Shown piece after piece: positions 30,739 through 40,926 of a stretch of 64,000 bases of DNA. The DNA comes from Thermoplasmatales archaeon (GTDB taxonomy: Archaea > Thermoplasmatota > Thermoplasmata > Thermoplasmatales > GCA-001856825): the NCBI GenBank assembly GCA_027345195.1, contig DAHWIJ010000015.1, forward strand, positions 64,375-128,374. Reading direction: 5' to 3'. Below the pieces are notes generated by a model, which was not told where the DNA came from, did not search any database, and saw only the letters and a list, made by a program, of their open reading frames with translations. The translations under genes and the position numbers were made by a program. Position 1 is the first letter of the stretch. Every line of letters begins with the position of its first letter.

Positions 30739-30830
30739 GAAAAACAAGTACTTAAACTTAACCCAAGTAGCGATGGTGAGGAACGTACAATCTCTGCGAA
30801 CTGGTTGGTCTGCGCATTTCTCACGATGTT

Positions 30831-31181
30831 TTAGAGAATTTCAGCCACCTTGCTGCTCAAGCTCGTTATTTCCTTTTGAATGCTTTCATCGTACTTCTGA
30901 AGGTGGACCCCAATGAGGAACGAGTCCCTTATTGACCTTATGATAATTCTGCTCCCATTCCTTAGTTCTAGGTTCAGCTGGACAAACTTTACCCCAGTCG
31001 TGTTTGCGAGTTCAGACGCCCCTTCATACGTCAGGCTTACCAGGGAGGCTAGAAGTTGAGAGTCTACCCCTTCATTGTTACACACAAGTGGCACACCAAT
31101 CTTGGTGGTAAGAATGGTGCCCACAACGTACGGCTTTTTGGAGTATTCTTCCAGCAGGCCGTAAACATCCTCCCCTGACAT
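30831..31181 (-). CDS. Roadblock/LC7 (MglB-like) protein (likely start ATG 31181)
   Basis: VVGTILTTKIGVPL, LLASLVSL, LNLELRNGSRIII roadblock pattern. Confidence 0.75.
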   Translation of the reverse strand: MSGEDVYGLLEEYSKKPYVVGTILTTKIGVPLVCNNEGVDSQLLASLVSLTYEGASELANTTGVKFVQLNLELRNGSRIIIRSIRDSFLIGVHLQKYDESIQKEITSLSSKVAEIL

Positions 31182-31249
31182 TACTACTGTACATTTTTTC
31201 CTGTAATATAAATTTTCCAACTCTTTTGGTCCAAAATGAAAGAAATTCG

Positions 31250-32125
31250 TCATTCGACGTCTACGTCAAAAAGTTCTATCTCTTTCCCCCTAAGTAGTCC
31301 CAGATATAGGGTGCTCAGTTCTGCTATGATCTCGTTCTTGACGTATCCTTCGGAAGATGAGGAATCATAGGGGAACCCTCCGGTGTTTACTCCGTTGAAT
31401 CTTGATTCATTCTTCACCAGAAAGATATAGCCCCCCTCCTCCCCATCCTTCAGAGATGGCTCTGCATCTTGACCCACGAGCTTCACTTTCGTCTCAATGC
31501 CTGAGTTTGATGAGAGTAGCGAACGAAATCTCATTGCGAGACCTGCTGTAGAGGCTTCGTAAACGAGTGTCACATTCCCCTCGCGTATCTTGAGGGCAAG
31601 CTGCTTTGCCTCATTATTTGCAGACAGTTCCGACGGAAGGTTGGACTCAATAAACCGGTCCAATCCTCCGGTCTCTACCTTTATTCCGAAAATGGATAGC
31701 ATGCAGCCGAATATCTCCGGGAAGAGGAACCTAGCAGAATAGCCCTTCGGAAGGGGGAAATAGTCCCATCCCCTGCTTCTTGCCATTCCCTTAATCTGAC
31801 CCCCGGAAGATATCACTATACCCTTTCCCTTTGCACCATCCAGGGCAAGCATTGATTCCTTTAACTGGCCGGAGTAGGTGATTATGCAACTTGTGCAATC
31901 CGAATGAAATTGAGCGGAACCGTCCGGAAGCACCAGTCTTTCTCCAACGATATCCTTAGCCATTGCCGCTATGGTATACATATTACCGAAAGCATTCAGG
32001 CAGATAGTCCCTACCTCCCTCCCAGGATTGCATCTCAAGAATCTTTCAGGCGTCTGCTTGATCCAGGAGAAAGGTGGGGAATCGTCCATCTGGATAATGA
32101 ATTCGTCATCGAGGATGTTTTCCAC
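31250..32125 (-). CDS. Degenerate bifunctional PGI/PMI-like (double SIS) protein
   Basis: TYSGQLKES (for SYSGNTxET), ISSGGQI, LPKGYSAR, NEAKQLA; catalytic ENAK and HN motifs absent. Confidence 0.65.
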   Translation of the reverse strand: MENILDDEFIIQMDDSPPFSWIKQTPERFLRCNPGREVGTICLNAFGNMYTIAAMAKDIVGERLVLPDGSAQFHSDCTSCIITYSGQLKESMLALDGAKGKGIVISSGGQIKGMARSRGWDYFPLPKGYSARFLFPEIFGCMLSIFGIKVETGGLDRFIESNLPSELSANNEAKQLALKIREGNVTLVYEASTAGLAMRFRSLLSSNSGIETKVKLVGQDAEPSLKDGEEGGYIFLVKNESRFNGVNTGGFPYDSSSSEGYVKNEIIAELSTLYLGLLRGKEIELFDVDVE

Positions 32126-32194
32126 ACTCCTATATCAACAATAGGTAGATAAAAACTAAAACAAACTTTTATTCTCTGAAACATTCCTGATTAA

Positions 32195-32944
32195 ATGGAG
32201 ATATCGATACTTGTAACCGTCAAGAACAGTCTTGAAAACCTGAGGTCACTAATCTTATCTCTCCAGTCCCTTGATAAAGGGTATGAAATCGTTGTGGTGG
32301 ACGCATATTCTACAGACGGTACTTTCGAGTATCTCCAGGGTTTAAATCGTGATTCAAGGGTCGTCATTGGCAGAAAGAAAGGCAACAGGGCGGTGGGGAG
32401 AAACGAATGCATAAGGCTATCAAGGGGGGAGAAGCTCGTGTTTCTAGACTCAGACACCCAGATTTCAGATAGCTGGGGCAAATCCCTTGAAGCTGCCGTG
32501 ACTCATGACATTGTAGCAGGCAGGATTATCCAGCAACCAGAATATCGATGGTCTGACTTGGGCAGGGTACCTATGCTGTTCAACGGAAAGGATGTGACTT
32601 ATCCCTCCAACAACCTGATGTATTCGAGGTACGTCATAGATGAGATTGGGATGTTTGACGAGCGCTTCAACACTGCCGAGGATATAGACCTGAACATCAG
32701 GGCCGTCATGAAGGGGTACGAGATTTTTTATGACCAAAACCTTGTGGTGTACCACCATCCCAGACAGACATTTGCGTCCCTTATGAGACAAAGCTACAGC
32801 GACGGAATCGGGAGGAGACTCATAAGGAAGAAATACGGTCTCAGGAGTTCTTTTAACACGGTAAATCTCAGGAAGCATCCTGTCATAGAATCATCGAGGC
32901 TGGCCTTCGGTTTCCTCGGTTACGTTTTCGGGAGGTCGAATTGA
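32195..32944 (+). CDS. Family 2 glycosyltransferase
   Basis: VVVDAYSTDGT, GRN, FLDSD, AEDIDL. Confidence 0.9.
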   Translation: MEISILVTVKNSLENLRSLILSLQSLDKGYEIVVVDAYSTDGTFEYLQGLNRDSRVVIGRKKGNRAVGRNECIRLSRGEKLVFLDSDTQISDSWGKSLEAAVTHDIVAGRIIQQPEYRWSDLGRVPMLFNGKDVTYPSNNLMYSRYVIDEIGMFDERFNTAEDIDLNIRAVMKGYEIFYDQNLVVYHHPRQTFASLMRQSYSDGIGRRLIRKKYGLRSSFNTVNLRKHPVIESSRLAFGFLGYVFGRSN

Positions 32945-33633
32945 TATCTTACATCATCCCCGCTCTCAACGAAGAGGGTACCATAGGTAAGGTCATAGAA
33001 ACTATAAAGTCTATGGACAGGGAGTGCGAGATTATAGTGGTAGACTCGAATTCAACGGACAGGACTGCAGAGATTGTTCTATCGCTCGGTGCAAAACTGG
33101 TGAACGAGGAAAAACTTGGTTACGGAAATGCATACAGGGCCGGTTTCCTCGCGGCAAAAGGCGATCTGATAGCGACGCTTGACGCAGATGGCACATATCC
33201 GGCAACAGAACTCCTAAGAATGAGGGAACATCTGGCTAAAGGTTACGATTTCGTATCAGGTGAAAGGCTGACAGGCGCAACAAGGGAGGCGATGAGCCTG
33301 CAGCACAGAATTGGCAATGTAATCTTGAATCTTGTGACGAGGGTACTGTTCATGGTGGATATCAGGGACAGCCAGTCCGGGATGTGGCTCTTCCGAAGGG
33401 AAATAATGGAAAGAGTCCTCCCCCGAGGTACGGGAATGGAGTTCTCGGAGGAGATAAAGATAAGGGCAGCAACGGAATTCTGCTATTCAGAGATACCGAT
33501 CAGGTACGAAAGACGCATGGGTGAGAAGAAACTTAGGCCATGGAAAGACGGCATTTCCAATCTCATATTCCTCTTCAGGCTGAGGATAAGGTCTGGATTG
33601 AGGACAAAGTCCTTCAGATGTTCTCGATCCTAG
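32941..33633 (+). CDS. Family 2 glycosyltransferase (Dol-P-sugar synthase-like)
   Basis: IPALNEE, VVDSNSTDRT, GYGNA, LDADGTY, DSQSG. Confidence 0.9.
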   Translation: MISYIIPALNEEGTIGKVIETIKSMDRECEIIVVDSNSTDRTAEIVLSLGAKLVNEEKLGYGNAYRAGFLAAKGDLIATLDADGTYPATELLRMREHLAKGYDFVSGERLTGATREAMSLQHRIGNVILNLVTRVLFMVDIRDSQSGMWLFRREIMERVLPRGTGMEFSEEIKIRAATEFCYSEIPIRYERRMGEKKLRPWKDGISNLIFLFRLRIRSGLRTKSFRCSRS

Positions 33634-34354
33634 GCGCGATGAGGAATGTTACCTTTCCCTTGCCGTTCATTATGGGGGATTCCATCCTTAGTGGATAATC
33701 GTTCCCAACAGCGATTGAAACCTCCTCGGTAGTTTCCAGGGCCCGAAGAAATTTGGTGAGATATTCAAGAGCGAAAGAGCTTCTAGAATCTGTTGTGAAG
33801 ATGAACTCCTTCGCAAGGCTCTTGGGTATCGTCATCTCAGTTGTTTCGGAATCTGTCTCACCTTTCGCGTATATCCTGAGTTCATCGCTCTTTATGCTGA
33901 AAGTGACGACTTCAGAGATTCCCTCTGCAGCCTTAATCCCCTGTGAAAGGAGATTTATGTCCGTGACAATCTTGTCCGGTGGTTCAATGGAGGGGATTTT
34001 GGGGGTGGTCAGCGCAGACGGATCTATTATCGGTATACCTGCAGAAAGATTCCCCAGCTTCATTGATATCTTCTTCCCGTCATACTTGAACTCTATTATC
34101 TCATTGGGAGCTGTCAGTTTCAGGAAGTTCCTCATCTTTTCAATGTCGAGGCCAAGACTGTCCTCACCATTCACATCATATTCCTGAAATGCCTCCCTCT
34201 TGATCTCCATTGAAATCATTGCGACCCTGGCGGGGTCCATAACCTTTGCGGATATCCCGTCAGGCTTGAAATCTACTCTAGCCTCTTGGACGAGTGTCAA
34301 TATGATATTGGAAAATTCCCTTATAGTCTTGGCATCAACCTTAACCTGAAGCAT
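33614..34354 (-). CDS. pcn: PCNA DNA sliding clamp
   Basis: MDPARVAMI, F-x-x-Y, SSFALEYL, DYPL, FLIAPRIE. Confidence 0.95.
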   Translation of the reverse strand: MLQVKVDAKTIREFSNIILTLVQEARVDFKPDGISAKVMDPARVAMISMEIKREAFQEYDVNGEDSLGLDIEKMRNFLKLTAPNEIIEFKYDGKKISMKLGNLSAGIPIIDPSALTTPKIPSIEPPDKIVTDINLLSQGIKAAEGISEVVTFSIKSDELRIYAKGETDSETTEMTIPKSLAKEFIFTTDSRSSFALEYLTKFLRALETTEEVSIAVGNDYPLRMESPIMNGKGKVTFLIAPRIENI

Positions 34355-34473
34355 AATTACCGAGAGTAAAAAATTACGTCCTTTTAAGCTTTTCCTTGAG
34401 CCCGTTGCCCAATAGGATGGCTAGTTTCGGTTCCATATCTAGTGACCAAGCGCAGAATTGAAAGGTGATCTAT

Positions 34474-34638
34474 TCAGTGGCTTAACTGACTGGTCGTCTG
34501 CTCTGAATAGCCACATCTGCCGCACGTAAGCCTGTCAGCGTGCTGGGCGAGGAACACGCCCGGACCGCACTTCGGACAGAACTTCCCCTTCCTGACGAGC
34601 TTTCCGTCCTCAACCTTGTACATTTCCCTCTTTTGCAT
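34474..34638 (-). CDS. rps27ae: 30S ribosomal protein S27ae (54 aa; absent from the ORF track)
   Basis: Manual translation [54 protein letters not shown]; follows rps24e. Confidence 0.93.
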   Translation of the reverse strand: MQKREMYKVEDGKLVRKGKFCPKCGPGVFLAQHADRLTCGRCGYSEQTTSQLSH

Positions 34639-34936
34639 TTTTTTCTCCTTCCTTTGATTTCAGTCCGTTTCTGATGAGCAGGAAGTCTGGTTCTAGTGCC
34701 ATCGCTTCCTCTTTTGTCCTGTACACCTTCGCATACCCCTCGGTAAAATTTTTGCCGAATTTCGACTTCTGATTGTCTATTATCACAAGCTCCTTCTGAA
34801 CCTGGAGATTGGCAGCAATCTGATTCCTAGTTTCCTCTCTGCTTGGTGTCTTTTCCTTTGGATGTATGACCCTAAAGTGTACCTCTGTCCTGTTCAGGAG
34901 TTTATTTTCCTCTCTGCTCTCTATTTCGATCTTCAT
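34610..34936 (-). CDS. rps24e: 30S ribosomal protein S24e
   Basis: [21 protein letters not shown]. Confidence 0.95.
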   Translation of the reverse strand: MKIEIESREENKLLNRTEVHFRVIHPKEKTPSREETRNQIAANLQVQKELVIIDNQKSKFGKNFTEGYAKVYRTKEEAMALEPDFLLIRNGLKSKEGEKNAKEGNVQG

Positions 34937-35446
34937 TCACTCTCCCCTTATTCTCTCAATGTTCGAATTCACCATCTGCCTGAGGTGTTCGCCAACCTCA
35001 TAGACGGCTATCCCCTTATCGGGAACGCCATAAATAACTATCGCACCGTCCGGTGCCAAAAGTATAGAGGGGATTGAAGCCAGGTCTTCCTCACCCTCCA
35101 CCTCTATAAGCGTATTCCCCTTAGATTTCAGGGCCGTCTCGATGGAGTTCCAAAGCTCCACAGTGATTGACCCAGCCGGATTCTTAATTCTCATCGATCT
35201 TTCCCACTTGTTGGGCAGCTGGGGAAGAATCTCCTCCCTCTTTGTCTTGTAGTCAACGATTGATAGCTTCGGAACCATCTTGTATTTCAGCGCGGTTGCG
35301 GTCACCACATCCCCTACGGTGATCAGCATCTTTCCGGCCAGGAACTCGAGCTGCGATTCTTTGGTCACCAGAACATCCGGAACTCTTGAGAATATTTCCC
35401 TGAACTCTTGGGGTACTACCAAGTCCCTATCTAACTTTAATAGCAT
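34937..35446 (-). CDS. GTP-dependent dephospho-CoA kinase (DUF359)
   Basis: TVGDVVT, IVDYKTKR, NPAGSI, VEGEEDL, YGVP; conserved operon position. Confidence 0.9.
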   Translation of the reverse strand: MLLKLDRDLVVPQEFREIFSRVPDVLVTKESQLEFLAGKMLITVGDVVTATALKYKMVPKLSIVDYKTKREEILPQLPNKWERSMRIKNPAGSITVELWNSIETALKSKGNTLIEVEGEEDLASIPSILLAPDGAIVIYGVPDKGIAVYEVGEHLRQMVNSNIERIRGE

Positions 35447-35612
35447 ACTCGCCTGGAGATGATATACCCGCTCTCTTCCCTATTATCGACCTTTCCGTAT
35501 CCAACACGAAGAGGTACCCCTTCCATTCAAGTACCGTTTCCGAACCGCATTTCTCGCACTTCGTTTCCTCGGTAACATTCTTGCAGTTCCTGCACGCCCG
35601 CAGCTTTATCAT
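35427..35612 (-). CDS. spt4: Transcription elongation factor Spt4 (RpoE'')
   Basis: ACRNC...CEKCG, W-x-G, PGEYAIKVR. Confidence 0.93.
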   Translation of the reverse strand: MIKLRACRNCKNVTEETKCEKCGSETVLEWKGYLFVLDTERSIIGKRAGISSPGEYAIKVR

Positions 35613-36187
35613 TTTGTCTCACCCTTCAGCCATGCGAATTTGCCGAGGAAATTCTGCCTCATCGTTAGTCCTATCTTGCTCTCGTCAAGCCTCGAGTCAG
35701 AAAGCGAGAGGGCCACGATCCTTGTCCGTACGAGGTCCCCGACCTTCAGGTCCCTCTTTGTATCCTTCCCCATCATCCTCTTGTTTTCCTCGTCGACTTC
35801 TATCCTGTCATCCATGACCTGGCTGACGTGAAGGAGGCCCTCAATTGGCCCAATACTCACAAACGCGCCAAATTTCTTGACATCCGCAACATCTCCCTCA
35901 ACCACCTCCTGCATCATTGGCTGGTAAGCGAGTATCTTCATCTTGACTTCCTGGTATACCCCACTATCTCCGTGGACGATCCGTCCCTCTCCGTCAAGTT
36001 TCGACTCCAGCACAAGGAGATTGATGTACTTCCTGTCATTCACATCCCTCACAAGATTCCTGTCGAGAACACCTATCTTACCTTCGACATTTTTGATCGC
36101 AATATCCTTGGCAGTCCTCTCGTACTCTTCCCCAAGATGCTCGGGTGGAACTCTGACGGTTTCGTTAGTCTCAATTACGAAATACAT
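35609..36187 (-). CDS. rpo7: RNA polymerase subunit Rpo7 (E')
   Basis: VRVPP, GRIVHGD, FGAFVSIGPIEGLLHVSQ, KIGLTMRQ. Confidence 0.95.
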   Translation of the reverse strand: MYFVIETNETVRVPPEHLGEEYERTAKDIAIKNVEGKIGVLDRNLVRDVNDRKYINLLVLESKLDGEGRIVHGDSGVYQEVKMKILAYQPMMQEVVEGDVADVKKFGAFVSIGPIEGLLHVSQVMDDRIEVDEENKRMMGKDTKRDLKVGDLVRTRIVALSLSDSRLDESKIGLTMRQNFLGKFAWLKGETK

Positions 36188-36283
36188 GTAAACCTCTTAT
36201 ATACCCCCAGATTTATCATTGGTATATATTTTTTTCAAGCTAAAATTACCTCTGCGCTTTAACGATTGTAGTATAAAACATTC

Positions 36284-37660
36284 CTACTTGTTCAGCATGT
36301 TTTCCGTACTGAATATCCTTGATATCTGCTCCTCCGTCAGCAGCTTTCTCTCCCTCAGGACCTGCAGGAATGGAACGTTCCTCTCTCTGGCTTCCTTGAC
36401 AATCTCTGCTGTCCTCTCATATCCTATTACAGGATTCAGCAACAACGCCGTGCCTGGAGAATTTACAAGCACCTCGTACGCTCGGTCCTTATTTACCTTC
36501 AAGCCCTTCAGGGCCTTCTCTTCCAAAATTTCCATAGAGACTGTGAGAACGTCGAAAGCCTCCATCAGAGCTGTGTAAATTATTGGGGTGAATACGTTTA
36601 TCTCCATCTCCCCCTGGGATGATGCATCATTCACCGTATAAGCCAACCCGCGGGCATAGAGTGCGCTCATCGTGACAGCCTCCAGAATGCTGGGGTTGAC
36701 CTTGCCGGGCATGATGGAGGAGCCGGGCTGAACTGCGGGGAGAACTATTTCGTTGAATCCAGCAACTGGCCCGGAATTCATAAGTCTCAAATCCCTTGAT
36801 ATTTTGATGATTGATGCTGAAAGATTGCCTATCCATGAAGCCAGCAGGTTGAAGTCCGAGGTGAACTGCATAACTGTCATCAGGTTCTCTGCAGGGACAA
36901 AATTCTCTTTGTAGAATTCATTTATGTTCTTGTAAACCAGTTCTTTCACGTCGGACGGAAGATTAGCACCTGTTCCCACTGCCGTCCCACCAAGATTGAG
37001 CCTTCTGAGTCGAGTAAGGATGTAATCCTTCTCAACAAGGAACGACCTAAGTTCGTCTGCGTATGCCTTGAATTCACCACCGAAGGTGACCGCAGATGCA
37101 TCCTGAAGATGGGTTCTCCCGGTTTTGATGTTGTTTGAATTCTCCGCCGCCAGAGCATCTAGTCTCTTTATAACCTTCTCAAGATTCACCGAAAAGGACT
37201 TGAGGGTAAAATAGGCTGTGATTCTTATGGCTGCAGGGATGGTATCGTTCGTCGATTGACCGACGTTTACCTGGTTGTGAGGACTTATTATCTCGTGGCT
37301 CCCCAACGGTTCCCCCATCAATTGAAGAGCTCGATTGGCAATGACCTCGTTCACATTCATGTTCGTGGATGTGCCTGCACCGGCCTGAATGTATTTCAGG
37401 GGGAAATCCAATTCATTCTTGTGCTTCAGCAGGTCGTCTGCCGCCCTTATTATCACATCTCCGATTTCATCCTTGATCTTTCCCTTGGAAGTGAATGCCT
37501 TCACATACGACCTCTTGATCACTATGAGCGTATCGATTATTCTCCTATCCATGTATCTGTAGTAAGGAAAATTTGAGACAGCCCTCACGGTCTCTGGCCC
37601 GTAGAGTCTTCCGTCAGGAATCTCTACCTCACCTAGCGAATCCCTCTCTTTCCTGACCAT
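36284..37660 (-). CDS. Class II fumarate hydratase / aspartate ammonia-lyase
   Basis: RKERDSLG, QAGAGTSTNMNVNEVIAN, QSTND, GRTHLQDA, GSSIMPGKVNP. Confidence 0.92.
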   Translation of the reverse strand: MVRKERDSLGEVEIPDGRLYGPETVRAVSNFPYYRYMDRRIIDTLIVIKRSYVKAFTSKGKIKDEIGDVIIRAADDLLKHKNELDFPLKYIQAGAGTSTNMNVNEVIANRALQLMGEPLGSHEIISPHNQVNVGQSTNDTIPAAIRITAYFTLKSFSVNLEKVIKRLDALAAENSNNIKTGRTHLQDASAVTFGGEFKAYADELRSFLVEKDYILTRLRRLNLGGTAVGTGANLPSDVKELVYKNINEFYKENFVPAENLMTVMQFTSDFNLLASWIGNLSASIIKISRDLRLMNSGPVAGFNEIVLPAVQPGSSIMPGKVNPSILEAVTMSALYARGLAYTVNDASSQGEMEINVFTPIIYTALMEAFDVLTVSMEILEEKALKGLKVNKDRAYEVLVNSPGTALLLNPVIGYERTAEIVKEARERNVPFLQVLRERKLLTEEQISRIFSTENMLNK

Positions 37661-37739
37661 GTTTCTGTATTATCTATGAATATTTAAAATGCCTACCGTC
37701 CCCCTTTGGACTAGAAAATCTCTTTCAGCAATTGAGCCC

Positions 37740-38174
37740 TTAACTCTTGGCGAGCATTCTTGATGCAACGAGTTCAAGTTCCGTTCTTGTGGCCCTATGG
37801 GAACGTGAAAACCACCATTTTTGAAACTGTGTATCGTCCCCTGAAAATCTAGGGAGGACGTGCACATGAAAGTGGTATATCGTCTGACCCGCTGGTGTAC
37901 CGGTAGAATGCATAATGTTTATGCCCTCGGCCTCTAGGTTCTTCCTCATCATTCCACTGATCAGCTGGGCAACCCTCATAACTTCAGATAGGGAATCAGG
38001 AGGAACATCTGAAATGTCCTTATAGTGAGTGTTTGGGATTACGAGCGTGTGCCCCTCGAAGAGGGGATGAATGTCAAGGAAGGCAGATACTTTTTCATCC
38101 CTGTAGATGAAGGTAGCATCCTCTTCTCCCCTCAGTATCCTGCAGAAGATGCAGCTGTTTGAATAATTCTCCAC
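37740..38174 (-). CDS. HIT-family hydrolase (likely start GTG 38174)
   Basis: CIFC, AFLDIHP, GHTLVIP, GQTIYHFHVHVLPR. Confidence 0.9.
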   Translation of the reverse strand: MENYSNSCIFCRILRGEEDATFIYRDEKVSAFLDIHPLFEGHTLVIPNTHYKDISDVPPDSLSEVMRVAQLISGMMRKNLEAEGINIMHSTGTPAGQTIYHFHVHVLPRFSGDDTQFQKWWFSRSHRATRTELELVASRMLAKS

Positions 38175-38332
38175 GTCACTCAACAGCAGTTCATTTTTGC
38201 GGCATTTATAGTCTTTTTGATTCCTCAATCCAACTACGTTTTCATGTACCATATAGATTTAACGAGGAAAAGATTAGAGATTTACTGCGTCTGTGACAAC
38301 ATGTTTTTATCCGCACTTCCAATCAATCACCC

Positions 38333-38710
38333 ATGGGCCACCAGGACGCATATTCCAAGCTAACTGAAGAGGAGGAGAGGGTCATACTGTTTGGTGGGAC
38401 CGAGATGCCATTCACCGGTGAATATTACAACAATTTCAGGAAAGGGACGTACGTATGCAAGAGGTGCGGAACGCCCCTTTACAGGTCTTCCGACAAGTTT
38501 GAATCAGAATGTGGCTGGCCAAGTTTTGACGATGAGATAGAGGGCGCGATAAGGAAACTGAAAGACAGGGATGGAAGAAGAACAGAGATAAGGTGTAGCC
38601 ACTGCGATGCACATCTTGGCCATGTATTCTATGGGGAGAGGTTTACGCCGAAGAACATCAGACACTGCGTTAATTCAATTTCCTTGAGGTTCATCCCAGA
38701 TGGTGAGTGA
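38333..38710 (+). CDS. msrB: Methionine-R-sulfoxide reductase
   Basis: GTE-x-PFTG, CxxC, CGWPSF, RTEIRCxxC, HLGHVF, RHCVNS. Confidence 0.96.
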   Translation: MGHQDAYSKLTEEEERVILFGGTEMPFTGEYYNNFRKGTYVCKRCGTPLYRSSDKFESECGWPSFDDEIEGAIRKLKDRDGRRTEIRCSHCDAHLGHVFYGERFTPKNIRHCVNSISLRFIPDGE

Positions 38711-39245
38711 TGGAATGATCAAGTCTATCTATCTTGGCAGCGGGTGCTTCTGGTGCAGTGAGGCCGTATTCTCGATGATGGAAGGTGTTGTATCCACGCA
38801 ACCGGGATACTCTGGCGGAACAACACCAAACCCAACGTATGAAATGGTCTGTTCTGGAACAACTGGACATGCAGAGGTCACGAAGGTGGATTTTGATCCT
38901 GAGGTCATTTCTCTAGATGAACTGCTGGACGTATTCTTCCACATACACGACCCCACTTCTGTGAACAGGCAGGGCGAAGATGTGGGAGAACAGTATCGCT
39001 CAATAATCATATATGACGACCCACGAGACCTAGAAAGGATAAACGAAGCGATCGTCAGGGCGCAGAAAGAGCATTCTCGGAAAATCGTCACTGCAGTTGA
39101 ATCATTAAGGGCATTCTATCCAGCTGAATCATACCACAAGGACTATTTTAAGAAGAACCCGAATGCCGGTTACTGCAGAGCAGTCATCAGGCCAAAGGTA
39201 GAGAAGGTAAAACACTCATACAGCCTCCTTCTGGCGAAGCACTGA
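38700..39245 (+). CDS. msrA: Methionine-S-sulfoxide reductase
   Basis: GCFWC, GYSGG, GHAE, HDPT, RQG-x-DVG-x-QYRS, AESYH. Confidence 0.96.
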   Translation: MVSDGMIKSIYLGSGCFWCSEAVFSMMEGVVSTQPGYSGGTTPNPTYEMVCSGTTGHAEVTKVDFDPEVISLDELLDVFFHIHDPTSVNRQGEDVGEQYRSIIIYDDPRDLERINEAIVRAQKEHSRKIVTAVESLRAFYPAESYHKDYFKKNPNAGYCRAVIRPKVEKVKHSYSLLLAKH

Positions 39246-39286
39246 TACCTTTCTCTCAGCCATCTGAACCGAGGAGGTCGAGGCAA

Positions 39287-40300
39287 TCATTGTGGGAGGG
39301 GTTTGACCGTTTTACCGATCTTTCTGAGTATGCTCCTCTCGAAAATGACTTTCATATAAAGGGCGTCGTGTTCAAGAAGTGGGGAGAAGGAGATGAGGGT
39401 GAATTCGTCTTCAAAATCAGCGAGCGCATCCGCGAAAGGTTCAAATTTCAGGTTCCCTTTCTTGATCGGCGTTATCCTGTATTCACCCTGATCGATGAAT
39501 TCGACGCCGGAGAACTCAAAATATAGAGGCCTCTTCTTTTTCTTCACCTCCTGTATTATTTCGGTGAATTCTTCCTGCTCCGTGGGATAATTCTTTCTGG
39601 AAGAGTAGATATGAGATATGTTTGTGATTGCTGTTATCCCCTTCACGTTCGAAAGGAGATAATCTACCTCCTCCGGACTACCTATCACCTCTTCCTTGCC
39701 TGAATTTTCTATGCACAGTTTCGGCTTCAGTTTCAGTGAGTTCATTTTCTCGTAAATTTGCTTCAGGGATGATGCAGTCTTCGCGAGGCTCTTCTTCCTG
39801 TTGGATCCGCCAAGACCAAGATGCGTTATAAGATACTCTGAATCGAGCGAATCCGCAATAACACCGCCCCAGATAGTGTGCTGAATTGAATCCAAGATCA
39901 TCCTTTCGTCGTTAGAGAAATCCACGTAATAGGGTGTATGGAGGGAGATTTTGACATCCAGTTCCTTTGCTATGTCCCTGGCCAGGCTTAGCTCCTTGTA
40001 ATCTCTGGCCATGCTCCAGAAGAGCTCGGTACCTATGTCATCCTCTTCGATTTCCGTATTGAGACCAACTGACTTGTACTTCCCGTCCTCGTCACTTCTC
40101 AACAAATCGACAAGAAGCATGTCGTCGAGGTCTTTTGGTTTCATGCCCACAAAATCCCTCATCTCACGCTCCTGAGTGCTCACCCTGAATAGCTGAATTT
40201 CGAGATAGTTCAACCCAAGCTGAAACGTGTTTTCAACAGCATCCTTGACGGTCCTGCCTTTAGATCCAAGAGGAATACCAGCGATACCGAACCTATACAT
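39287..40300 (-). CDS. Archaeal endonuclease IV-like TIM-barrel protein, divergent, with an insertion
   Basis: FGIAGIP, SLHTPYYV, THLG, IENSGK, FSGVE, SPLLEHDA. Confidence 0.75.
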   Translation of the reverse strand: MYRFGIAGIPLGSKGRTVKDAVENTFQLGLNYLEIQLFRVSTQEREMRDFVGMKPKDLDDMLLVDLLRSDEDGKYKSVGLNTEIEEDDIGTELFWSMARDYKELSLARDIAKELDVKISLHTPYYVDFSNDERMILDSIQHTIWGGVIADSLDSEYLITHLGLGGSNRKKSLAKTASSLKQIYEKMNSLKLKPKLCIENSGKEEVIGSPEEVDYLLSNVKGITAITNISHIYSSRKNYPTEQEEFTEIIQEVKKKKRPLYFEFSGVEFIDQGEYRITPIKKGNLKFEPFADALADFEDEFTLISFSPLLEHDALYMKVIFERSILRKIGKTVKPLPQ

Positions 40301-40428
40301 TCGCTTATCCTTATAAAAGGGAGGTAATAAAACCTTGTGAATAAATCGAGGATTTTTGATGCATGAGGGTCTCCCGCTACACCCTGGGTTAGTTTTTTCT
40401 ATAATTCAGAATCAACAGGAAAGAAACC

Positions 40429-40869
40429 TCAGTCAAGACGGAGTTCAGACCTGACGTCCTTTGCAATCCGGCCCAAGTCTGAATCTTCCACAACAACCCT
40501 CTTCAACGCCGCCTCCTCAAGCACCTTCACGTACTCAGAATCGTACCTTGGGATGACGTGGATGTGAAAGTGAAAGACCGTCTGGCCAGCGTGAAGGCCA
40601 TTGTTCTGGATCAGGTTGATTCCGTAGGGTTTATACAGATTGTCAAGCGCTACGGAAATGAGTTTGGCAACACGGAATGCCTCGCAGAGTGATGCATCGT
40701 CAATATCATACAAGTTTTCAAAATGTTTCTTCGAAATCACTAGAGAGTGCCCTTTGGAAACAGGGCGGTGATCAAGGAAAGCGACTGCAAGATCACTCTC
40801 ATAGATTATCTGAGCTTTGGTTGAACGGCTTGCTATTGCGCAGAATTGACAGCTCATCAATTCACACAA
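40429..40869 (-). CDS. HIT-family hydrolase (second paralogue)
   Basis: CQFC, AFLDHRP, GHSLVI, GQTVFHFHIHVIPR. Confidence 0.9.
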   Translation of the reverse strand: MCELMSCQFCAIASRSTKAQIIYESDLAVAFLDHRPVSKGHSLVISKKHFENLYDIDDASLCEAFRVAKLISVALDNLYKPYGINLIQNNGLHAGQTVFHFHIHVIPRYDSEYVKVLEEAALKRVVVEDSDLGRIAKDVRSELRLD

Positions 40870-40926
40870 ATCCTCCCTCAGATATAATTCTTTGACTGTC
40901 CTGGACGAATTTCATCCCCCGCTGGT

